From Asterionella formosa (Eukaryota): a stretch of 43,125 nucleotides of DNA. A program made the position numbers and the translations under genes. The first letter of the stretch is position 1; each line of letters opens with the position of its first letter. Below are positions 11,754 through 20,728 of the stretch, piece after piece. The stretch lies in the NCBI GenBank assembly GCA_002256025.1, contig NKIB01014463.1, forward strand, positions 1 to 43,125, given 5' to 3'. The notes under the pieces are model-generated. The model was given only the letters and a program-made list of their open reading frames with translations. It ran no database searches and had not been told where the DNA came from.

Positions 11754-12311
11754 TTAACGTTGCAAATGCCGTTTGTGAATAAAAATTAAATGCCATCCAA
11801 AGGTTGTTTGAATGGGACCCATCGTTGTTTGTATGGGAGATGTAGGAGAGAAACATGCCTTGTCAAAGGGCGGTGCCATGTCTCCTGGTTTGAATCGTCC
11901 TAAATATCCCCCTGCTGCCTTGGAGGGACAAGTGGAGAGTGATTTTGCGACAGTTGCGAATTTTGCAGCATCATTTTTAATGTCAAGATCTTTCAAGGTC
12001 GATTCTTTTTCGCAAAGGATATGAGACGCTTCACACCAAGAACTGGGTGGAAAGAGGACACCGTACATATACCATCCACCCAATAGTAAGACTATAATGG
12101 TGACTGGACTAATAGGAATATCCCTACCAAAGGGTAGTGGTGTATTTCTATTATACCAGGGTTTCGCGTCTTCACGTGCTTGTGCCATTTTGCTTTTCAG
12201 CGACGTACTAGCAGCAGCAGCAGCAGCAGCAACTGACAGGAGAAGGTAGCAAAACGCCAATGAAGAATAATGGGCGTGCTTCCATGGACTCGATGATGTT
12301 GCTGTAGTCAT
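11754..12311 (-). CDS. Parvulin (PpiC-type) peptidyl-prolyl cis-trans isomerase with N-terminal signal/TM segments
   Basis: Motifs ASHIL, FATVAKSLSTCPS, GGYLGRFKPGDMAPPFDKACF, GPIQTTFGWHLI. The start is placed at ATG 12311, ahead of a signal-like hydrophobic stretch; the ORF extends upstream to 12491. Confidence 0.9.
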   Translation of the reverse strand: MTTATSSSPWKHAHYSSLAFCYLLLSVAAAAAAASTSLKSKMAQAREDAKPWYNRNTPLPFGRDIPISPVTIIVLLLGGWYMYGVLFPPSSWCEASHILCEKESTLKDLDIKNDAAKFATVAKSLSTCPSKAAGGYLGRFKPGDMAPPFDKACFSPTSPIQTTMGPIQTTFGWHLIFIHKRHLQR

Positions 12312-13000
12312 TCTGGATAGTATCAGTAGCTCGCAGTCGTGAGCAATAGTTTCACTGCAGGTAGCAGGCAGCGGGGTGGATGAAGCTATGTCCAACTCAC
12401 CACAAGGAACAAATGCGATGTGATATGAAGTGATGTATGCAGCGCTGCTGCTGATACTACAAGCTACGACTGTCAGGATAGAATCAGCCATGATTGGATA
12501 TTTTGATGCCGGCAGCTCTGTACTACCGGTGGTACCTGGTACCTGGTACCAGCACCAGGATCATGTACCGGTGCATGCCGGTCGTAATAAACCTCAGGTA
12601 CTAGTATACGTAGGTATACCGGTAGACTTGTTAGACACTGGTACCAGGTAACAGGTAAAAGTACCTGTACGCTACAAGGTACGCTGGTGGTACCTGGAGA
12701 AGCTGGCACTGGTCGCAGAGAATGATGAATACCATGTTAATAAATGAGAATCTGTTTTATAGCCCATTCCCAATCCCCTTTTTCGAGGCAAATATTCATT
12801 ACGCTGCCTGCCAACAAGATCTGCGCTTCCCTAGTTTGTTAATGTAGGTGAGTCCCCAACCACCTTTCATGAACAAGGGTGATTGTCTTAACTAAAGTGT
12901 TAGGAGAAACTCTGACTGCCTAGGGAGGCAACACAAGCTGCTTGTAGGGTGGCAAACCAACTTTTTCTCACACACTAGACAAGTTAGCGTGGGTCTCTAA

Positions 13001-13065
13001 AACTGCGGGAATCGAACCTCACAACCTCAGATCAAAGGCAACTTGCTCAACGAACTACAACTGTA
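13001..13065 (-). repeat. Degenerate tRNA-like / Pol III B-box element within a repeat
   Basis: The minus strand has GGTTCGATTCC in an imperfect hairpin. It shares GCAA(T)CTTGCTCAAC...TACA with 19516-19533, next to the second tRNA-like element. Confidence 0.35.
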
Positions 13066-13877
13066 TGCCATTTCCTTCATATGATGATACCATGTGAATA
13101 GTACATAGGCAATCCCAAAAAATGACGCCACCCAAAAATCATCTTGACGGACTGGCAATCCAATCAAGTGAAAATTTTCAAAATGTTTTTGAATTTCCTG
13201 TTGACTCCTATTGTTATTTTTTCATGGGCCAAATGGTATACTTGAAAGCAGCACTAACTAAAAGAAGCTTACATGGTGTCGAACATTCAAAGGATAGCAA
13301 GGCAAGTGCCGGTATATAACATAATACCTACATACTGGTAAGTATATACATCACGCCCAACCAAAAGATGATTTTCTCATAAGGAGTATTTACCGTTGAT
13401 CACTTTTCAACTATAGATACATATGTTTTGCTTTAAACCGTTCAAGTCGACCCTATATATCGTTTACTCCAGTATTAATATATATTTGTATAGAAAGTAC
13501 CGGTATACTGTTCGAGTTTTGTAGTTCATACTGTCGTATATACCCACCCAGCCACGAACAGGTATTTTGGGTACCAGTACCGTAATATGCTACTCCTACA
13601 TATGCAGTATCACTAAAATTGAGGATGATTCTACCGGTCATAAGTCAAGTCTATCGTAAGTACTGGGAGTGCCGGACTGCATCGTAGCGCATTGGTGGCC
13701 CGTCGGCCTCATTTTGAATCACGCCTGGCGGTTCAAATCATGTGTATCTTGATTCTTAAAATAACATCTCATTTTGTAGACTCGTCCACTTTGAATTGAC
13801 CTGTCTGCTCCTCCATATACTTACCGGTATATTAAATACATGATCTGATCGATAGTTAGCCTTTCCTATTGTCGACC

Positions 13878-15308
13878 ATGATGGCATCACTTCTCCCGCC
13901 TATCCGCCTCTTGTTCTCATTGGTTGCCTTGCTTCCTGGAATCTCGTTGGCCGATCGGATCTTGATAACATTTCCGACCTCAAGTCCGACGTTTCTTTCA
14001 GAGTCTCCTTCTGCTGCTCCTTCTTCGTATTCTGCTCCAGTCACCTCGAATGTACCAGTCACTTCCATACTGCCAGCAACAGTGGCACCAGTCACCATGG
14101 CTCCGCTATCATTCGTTCCGACGACAGCCCCATCTGATGTTGCCCTTTCCCTTTATCCTTCGGAGGCACCCACTGTGGTATCAGCTTTGCCAACGAACAC
14201 CGGTTCCGGGATTGCCATGATTGCGCTACAAGCCAATGTTTCCGTAGTATTGGAACAAGTCCAATCATTGGCCGACACGTCCATTCAACTTTTTGTGAAT
14301 GCAAGTCAAGAATTTTTTGGTGAATGGTTTAGATTACGTTCAACGCCAATTACCAACGTGACTGTGATTGTGTCGAAACAAGAAATTGTAGGAAAACGGC
14401 AACGACAATTGGCAACAAGTGCAAGTGCCTTGGCTTTGGACTTGATGATTATGGGAAATACAAATGACACGATGATAAATACTACCTCGTTTGAGGATTT
14501 GTGCTCCTACTTAGTCGATGATAAAGGATATGCATTGACTGACTTGTTAGTGGCAACGAATGATCCAGCATTGATTCAAGTACAATCCATCAAGACAGCA
14601 ACAACAGCAGCAACTGTAACGGCATCGCCCTCTACCACTGTACCATCCACAGCAAATGGCAATACCAACAATGGGCTGAGTATGTATGCATGGATTGGCA
14701 TTGGGGTTGGGGCTGGAGCTCTTCTTGTGCTGCTCCTTGCAATGATTCGGTATCGGAGAGGAGGCAATGCTACTGATTCAAACATGATCCCTACGACTGT
14801 AATGTCTAGCAGCAACAACAATAATAACAGAGCACCACCACCCCTGACAACAACAAGTTCCTTGATTTCAGATGTACCATCCTCAATGGAGAATACAACC
14901 TTGAATAACATGGACAACATGTCATATGCCTATTCATTGGATCATGGCATTGGGGATTCGGAGAGTGTCTTTGATCAAGGCACTGTTGAGTCATTTAGTA
15001 CCCTGAGCCGAGGAATGCCATCGGAAATTGGAAACACGATTAGCACTAGTGATGCCATGACGAAAACAAGAGAATGTTGGGCTCCACCAGGAAAATTGGG
15101 GATTGTCATTGATACGTCCATAAATGGTCCTGTTGTGCATAGAGTCAATGCGGGATCACCCTTGGAAGGGGTCTTGTGGCCAGGTGATATCATTGTCGCA
15201 ATTAATGATGTGGATACAAAGTCATTGTCAGCGTCGGCCATTACATCACTCATGGCAAAGAATATGAACCAACGACGGCGATTGACTGTCTTGTCTGCTG
15301 AGGGATAA
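13878..15308 (+). CDS. Single-pass type I membrane protein with Pro/Ser/Thr-rich ectodomain and cytoplasmic PDZ domain
   Basis: Signal peptide, SPSAAPS/PTTAPS repeats, RQRQL motif, TM (AWIGIGVGAGALLVLLLAMI) followed by RYRR, and C-terminal APPGKLGIVID...GSPL...GDIIVAIN PDZ signature. Confidence 0.9.
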   Translation: MMASLLPPIRLLFSLVALLPGISLADRILITFPTSSPTFLSESPSAAPSSYSAPVTSNVPVTSILPATVAPVTMAPLSFVPTTAPSDVALSLYPSEAPTVVSALPTNTGSGIAMIALQANVSVVLEQVQSLADTSIQLFVNASQEFFGEWFRLRSTPITNVTVIVSKQEIVGKRQRQLATSASALALDLMIMGNTNDTMINTTSFEDLCSYLVDDKGYALTDLLVATNDPALIQVQSIKTATTAATVTASPSTTVPSTANGNTNNGLSMYAWIGIGVGAGALLVLLLAMIRYRRGGNATDSNMIPTTVMSSSNNNNNRAPPPLTTTSSLISDVPSSMENTTLNNMDNMSYAYSLDHGIGDSESVFDQGTVESFSTLSRGMPSEIGNTISTSDAMTKTRECWAPPGKLGIVIDTSINGPVVHRVNAGSPLEGVLWPGDIIVAINDVDTKSLSASAITSLMAKNMNQRRRLTVLSAEG

Positions 15309-15345
15309 TGGCAAGTCTGTGGGAATGTTATCTATAAATACATAT

Positions 15346-15370
15346 TGTGTGTGTGTGAGAGAGAGAGAGA
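15346..15370. repeat. Compound (TG)n(AG)n microsatellite
   Basis: TGTGTGTGTGTGAGAGAGAGAGAGA just after the PDZ gene stop. Confidence 0.85.
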
Positions 15371-15387
15371 ATATAACAACGTTACAG

Positions 15388-15537
15388 TGTTTGATTGAAA
15401 TAGGTGATTAGTTGAAATGCAATATATTGGTAGTAATCAAATCCTTTAGCTAATTGTATATCAAATTGTTTGCTTGAATCTGTGGTTAGTTGAAATGCAA
15501 TTTGTTGGTAGTAATCAAGTCCTTTAGCTAATTGCGT
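15388..15537. repeat. Imperfect 78-bp tandem duplication
   Basis: TTAGTTGAAATGCAAT...TTGGTAGTAATCAA(A/G)TCCTTTAGCTAATTG starts at 15408 and at 15486. Confidence 0.85.
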
Positions 15538-16083
15538 AGCAAGGTTAGCTATCTTACTACCTTTTACATGATGATCTTGGATGTGGACCATTATAGTCGT
15601 TATCAATCTTCCAGTAATATGCTAATCAACCATGATTGTTGTCCTCTATATTTTCACTCGAATCCGCACTTATTCATGATATAGAGAGTTATAAAAGGGA
15701 GAATTATGAAGCCCCATGATGCGGTATTTATAATGCCAGTAAATTTAAACTCAGACTCTTGAACGAAATTAGGGGCAATTGCCACCATGTTGTCGAGGGT
15801 GGATTTTTATCCGAGCCGTTTTTAAGCCAACAATAGCGTCTCATTAACATGACCAGCCGACTGGGTGGACTTTTTATTGTTAGCCAACTAACGCATGACA
15901 AGTTGGTAACCAACAGAACAATTTTATGTTGCAATTAACTACCTTATAATCTCTATGGTTAGCCTTTATGGTAAACAAAAATGTATGTTCCCCTGATGCC
16001 GATATGCAAGCCCATTGGCAACCTCCAAAATCCCCGTACAAATCACCTCCAGTAAAGGTCAGCCCGACCCGACCCAAACTAGC

Positions 16084-17247
16084 TTAACCATCTATCGATC
16101 CGGTCCATCCAATCTTCTGGTGTGCATTTGGAGGACGTCCCTTGAGTAATCTTAATTCAGGATGAGATCCGCGAGTGCACCACATGACGGAATTTTTGGG
16201 CATGGGGTGCCAGGTATGAGTTTTCGTGAGTGGGTTGCTCGCCACAATAAATGATGCTTCCAGTGGCTCTACATCCGCATACACCGTCCCGGGCAAGCTC
16301 AAGTGCTCTGCCAAATCCACCGTGTGTTCAATAAAATCCGATTCGGGTTCGGATCCGTCACCACTGCTGCTGCCCCCATGTTCAGAATCACCGTCCGACA
16401 TTGAAAGTTGCGAAACGTACAGGACGGGATCATCGCTCGTAAGCTCCTGATAGAGATGCTGTGAGTTTCCATATGCAAAGTAGAGCGATGGGGGAGGCAC
16501 ATCTGGACTCTTGTCACAAAACCTCGTGACGACGACAGTATCGCCGTCGGTCAAGGAGAAGTTGCATGTGGAGAATCCAGTGACGATGCCCGCGTCGATC
16601 AACAGTCGCTCGATCTGCCGAAGCGTCTTCTTCACGGCCGATACGAGACGCTTGTGGCCGTAGGCGGTCGTTTGTGTCAAGGGCGACTCGCCGGCGCCAT
16701 CCTTGGCCAGATGCGTCAGGATGAGGGCGAAAATGCACTCACTGTCCGTTGTGCCGTGAATGGTGTAAAAGACCTCGTCTGAGACTTCGTTAAGAAAGTG
16801 CCTCTTGATCTTGGAGTAGCTGTCGATGCGTCCATTGTGACAGAAGAGGAGGCGTCCGCACTTGAAGGGGTGGCAGTTGGTCTGGCTGACGCCCGACCCA
16901 GCCGAAGCCGCTCGGACATGAGCAATCATGCAGTTGCTCTTCGTCGCCATGCAGATCTCTCGCAGATTAACATTGTTCCAGGCAGGCTGCGTGTCTTTGA
17001 AGACGGCGGCCCGGATCTCCTCGTACGGCTCGACGCCACCGCTGCCATCGTGCGGGAGCATGGCAATGTTGGAATGGTACCAGCCCACGCCGAAGCCGTC
17101 GCCGTTCATGGCGTGGTTGTTCATGTCGCTGAACTCGGGATGGAAGGACGCATCCTTTGCCAGCTGGACCAGCGAGTTGCTCGGGGCCAACACAATGTCC
17201 GACAAGGAGACGGGATCTGAGGAGAGCAGTGTGATCCAACGACACAT
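16084..17247 (-). CDS. Class II (Ntn) glutamine amidotransferase-like protein, DUG3/EgtC family, catalytic Cys1 intact
   Basis: Starts M-C-R-W. Motifs NGDGFGVGWY, PAWNNVNL, AHVRAA, NCHPF, HNG, GTTDSE, VASNPLT. Confidence 0.92.
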   Translation of the reverse strand: MCRWITLLSSDPVSLSDIVLAPSNSLVQLAKDASFHPEFSDMNNHAMNGDGFGVGWYHSNIAMLPHDGSGGVEPYEEIRAAVFKDTQPAWNNVNLREICMATKSNCMIAHVRAASAGSGVSQTNCHPFKCGRLLFCHNGRIDSYSKIKRHFLNEVSDEVFYTIHGTTDSECIFALILTHLAKDGAGESPLTQTTAYGHKRLVSAVKKTLRQIERLLIDAGIVTGFSTCNFSLTDGDTVVVTRFCDKSPDVPPPSLYFAYGNSQHLYQELTSDDPVLYVSQLSMSDGDSEHGGSSSGDGSEPESDFIEHTVDLAEHLSLPGTVYADVEPLEASFIVASNPLTKTHTWHPMPKNSVMWCTRGSHPELRLLKGRPPNAHQKIGWTGSIDG

Positions 17248-17260
17248 GCTGTTGCTTCTA

Positions 17261-17299
17261 TCAGATCAGATTAGACTAGACTAGACTAGATTAGATTAG
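17261..17299. repeat. Imperfect pentanucleotide repeat (TAGAY-like) directly upstream of the GATase start
   Basis: TCAGA TCAGA TTAGA CTAGA CTAGA CTAGA TTAGA TTAG. Confidence 0.8.
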
Positions 17300-18085
17300 G
17301 TTGTGGTTCAGACTTGATTTGGAATTTTGAAATTGTGACCTTTGACAAAGATTCCTGCGCCTCGAAAGCACTTTTTGGTGCAGGATCGAACCAAACAGAA
17401 TACTAGTATATTCATCGTATCATATATACGTATGCATATGTGTAGTACTCGAGTGTCATCAGCAAGCAGGGCCGCTCGTCGTCGATTGTTGCTGGTAGGT
17501 GCTCCTTGGTCACAGCTGTTGCCTGTGCCACTGAATAATGGAATAACCATGCACAGTGTTTCAATCGTTCACTTTGGTATCTATGTATTTTGTGTTCATA
17601 GATGATCCGGCCTTTCCGCGAGAGTAACGTTAACCATGCAGAGACAATACTACCGTACCAGGTACCAGCACATAAAATGAAATCATACTAACATACAGGT
17701 CCGATCTAAATACAATATGAATAAATGCTTGTATACTAAACTAGAGTGGACAATGTTTATTCACATACCGGTAGTTTATACATTACGTAGAGACCCTGTA
17801 CATAGCAGCGGGAATGACTCAACGCTTTTCACTATGGAGTCGTGAGCGTTAAGGAAATGTCATCAAAGACATGATCATATACCGGTATGCTACTGATACA
17901 AGGTATGCCTGGTCGTACCAGGTACCCTGGTACCCTGATAATTTTTAGCTACTATACAAGGTACCAGGTACTGGTACCTGGTACCAGGTAGCATTACTCC
18001 ATGGTGCCTGATGCCTTATACTCCTTTTGAGTCCCGCATGAGGTGGCTACAGTCAAAAAAGTGGTTGAAAGGACGGAATTAAAGG

Positions 18086-18548
18086 CTACATACGGTACGT
18101 GGTACCAGGTACCAGGTAGCATGGTGCATGGTACATTCTCACCATAGTCATGTCAACTTTGGTCACGGCAGCCTTCACTTCTTCGCCCTCGCCCTCAACT
18201 GCAGCAGCTCCACTTGGAGGGCGAAGTTGATACACTTGTCGTGATTCTCTATGGTAAAGTACCGGAAGCATATCTTGGCCAATCAGTTGTCTGAGTTGCG
18301 CCGCTTCTTTGTTGTTTCTTGCAATATCCATGCGATCTACATGAATACCTAGTTCTCCTTCGATTTCCTGGACGCTCTGTTCCATGGCATCACATTCTGG
18401 GCTCAAACCTGGCGGGACTCTAAAGAAAATAAGCGGTGTGTATTTCTTTGTCGACAGAAAAGGGAGCATGTTCAGAAAAGGAACTCCTTCATAGCGAGTG
18501 CTAACAACAGTAGCTAGCAAGCAAGGAGGCGGAAAGGAGGATTCTCAT
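18086..18548 (-). pseudogene. Thioredoxin-fold-like protein gene, apparently frameshifted near the start and truncated or unspliced at the 3' end
   Basis: PLIFF-x6-SPEC-x-AME...VDRMDI...LPVLYHRES resembles a thioredoxin fold with SxxC. ATG 18548 (MRILLSASL, signal-like) is 1 nt out of frame with the main ORF. The C-terminus runs into GGTACC repeats. Confidence 0.55.
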
Positions 18549-19009
18549 AGTGATAGCAGTCAAGAGATGTCAACCACAAGAAGTAAAAACAGAACGGCGA
18601 GAATACAACTAAAGGTAAGACAAGGCGGACCAGCGTAGAGAAGTTAGTTCGACGTGATCAACATGTACGATATGCATCAGATCACAAAACACATGTAATC
18701 CATGGTACGTCATTTTCATTCTCAGGAGTTAGGTACCAGGGAAGGTCCGACAGCGCATGTTCTATGCGCACCATTCAGTTTCGACGCACTCCCAATGGAT
18801 CATCTCATGCCTGCTGGACGAGATAGGCCAGCTTTCGATTAAAATAATATTCCCTAAGTAATTTAGGAAATCGTTACTCTTATTGACCAATGATGATTTG
18901 CAGAATAAATCTCTGCTGAATATGACTCAGATTAGCTGACTGATGAATGGGTTTTAGCAAACCATCTTCTAGCTTTGGAATCACCATAGGAATCCAACCT
19001 TTCAACATT

Positions 19010-19092
19010 TAGAACTTGTTGACAATGACTAGAATGTGCTGACTACAACAGGAACTTGCTATGACTAAAACTTGTTGACTATGACTAGAACT
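19010..19092. repeat. Degenerate ~20-bp tandem repeat (TAGAACTTGTTGACTATGAC consensus), about 4 copies
   Basis: Units start at 19010, 19030, 19050 (shortened) and 19066, with a partial unit at 19086. Confidence 0.75.
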
Positions 19093-19395
19093 CCTTGCAA
19101 ATAAGAATACCGGTAGATTCTCTGAATGACCCTTAGGCCTGTGAAGTATATATACATGAATGAACACAACCACTCCCTCCTGATTGCCTTGCCAATACTA
19201 CAAATAAGCATATGTGTTAGTAACATGTCATATCTAGATACATGGTGACAGTCATTTTATGTCAATTAAATTTTATAGTACATTAAAGCTATCCAATAAT
19301 TGCACTTGGGCCCACCAAATAGATGGACACAATTAGTACCGGTTTTATTCGTCCGTACGGTACAACGGGACCAGGGACTACATGAAAAAGACAGG

Positions 19396-19457
19396 TGGAG
19401 AATGCAGGAATCGAACCCGCCACCACAGTGGGTGTGCTAACCACTAAGCCATTCCCC
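19396..19457 (-). ncRNA. tRNA-derived Pol III-like unit with shortened anticodon arm (pseudo-tRNA or SINE head)
   Basis: Minus-strand sequence GGGGAATGGCTTAGTGGTTAGCACACCCACTGTGGTGGCGGGTTCGATTCCTGCATTCTCCA. It has an A box TGGCTTAGTGG, a B box GGTTCGATTCC, a T stem GCGGG/CCTGC, an acceptor stem GGGGAAT/ATTCTCC, and TTTTT 6 nt downstream (19385-19389). Confidence 0.65.
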
Positions 19458-19739
19458 TACATGGTGACAGTCCTTATTATGTCAGATGCAACAGCCTACC
19501 GGGGTGCCCGGTGAGCAATCTTGCTCAACTACAGACACACCTATAGGTTAGGTTTGCATAGATATATCAGAAATCTATCAGGAGAGAACTCGACTAACAA
19601 CTATTTGGTTACTTTAGTTTCAACCTAGGAGATAAAATGTGCACACAAGGATTATTTCTTGCTGCTACCAGTAAGAGCCCCTTTATTTTCATAAAGTCCC
19701 TTCAATATCTGGTTCCAAGTTCAATGTTTTGGTTTGATC

Positions 19740-20257
19740 TGAAAGCAGCAGAATTTATAATGGTGTGATGAAAGTCTAAGAAAGATCCTTCAAGGTGGAC
19801 ATGATCAGCAATCAGACAAGGAACCAATTGGCAAAGATATCAAACAACACTGCCTACAATCAACAACTGAGCAGCAGGGACAGGGAGAGAAACAAATGGG
19901 TAGCTCAATGGACAGGTGTAGTGATGGAGGTGTGGAAAATTGTTATTTGCAATTGGATTGTTAGGAGATCAACTTTTTGGAAATGCCATTGCATGCAATT
20001 GGTCTACAGATCTGCCATCCGGTCGTCAAAGTGCCCCAAAAATGTAATAGTATCTAATCATTAATTCCTTTGGTTTGTTTCCATTATGCCTGTTCAATAG
20101 TTCACCAGCCCAACCAAAAGCACCAGCATTGTCGAACAGCTGGTTGATTTAATAACATTGCTAGTGGTTTTCTCGTGCTATATTGTGCTCGAGGGGTATC
20201 TCGATGTCCGATTTTTCCAAAATAAGCAAGTACACAACCGTAGTAACATAAAGTTCT
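19740..20257 (+). mobile_element. Decayed dispersed repeat / transposon remnant, copy B
   Basis: Homologous along about 500 bp to the reverse complement of 3361-3910, for example CCGATTTTTCCAAAAT(A/T)AGCAAG and AAAAGCAC(C/T)A(G/C)CATTGTC. Confidence 0.7.
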
Positions 20258-20664
20258 GAAGGCATGCATTTGTTGAGAGGCTCTACCGTGCCTACTAAAA
20301 TTTCGGTGAAACTCTAAAACAACCTGGAAAATACATATGTTTGACTAGTTCTGCGAAGGTTGCATGTGTCTGTTCAATTATCTATACCCCATACTCCTGT
20401 ACCGGTATTGTATTTCTGAATGATTGTACGTGGTACCACCGTCAAGGGGAATACGCACTTACTTTCTACTTTACCACTGTATGCATGTGTTATGATGCTG
20501 CATTGAATCTCCTTACTCCCTGATGTCCTTGCCTCTCGTTCGTTCGGCTCCAGTCGCCTGTAGTCCATCGAGTATACTAAACTAAATGTTAATTCATTTT
20601 CTTCCAGCGCAAGGATACCGATACTTAATTCAGTCGGTCTAGGCCTCACCTCATTGTCAGAATC

Positions 20665-20692
20665 ATGATATCAACATCAGAAAACGCCGACG

Positions 20693-20728
<36 letters not shown>

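Noticed and set aside
15700..16082. Helitron-like end (CTAG at 16079-16082)
   Set aside because: No clear subterminal hairpin, and it is not followed by the expected T.
19396..19457. Functional tRNA gene
   Set aside because: Only 62 nt, the anticodon/variable region is about 8 nt too short, and one base is missing at positions 7-9. No anticodon can be assigned.
19239..19484. Xer dif-like sites (TTATGTCA arms resemble the XerD arm)
   Set aside because: Spacing and the left arm do not match dif, and no tyrosine recombinase is present in the window. Kept only as a loose alternative.
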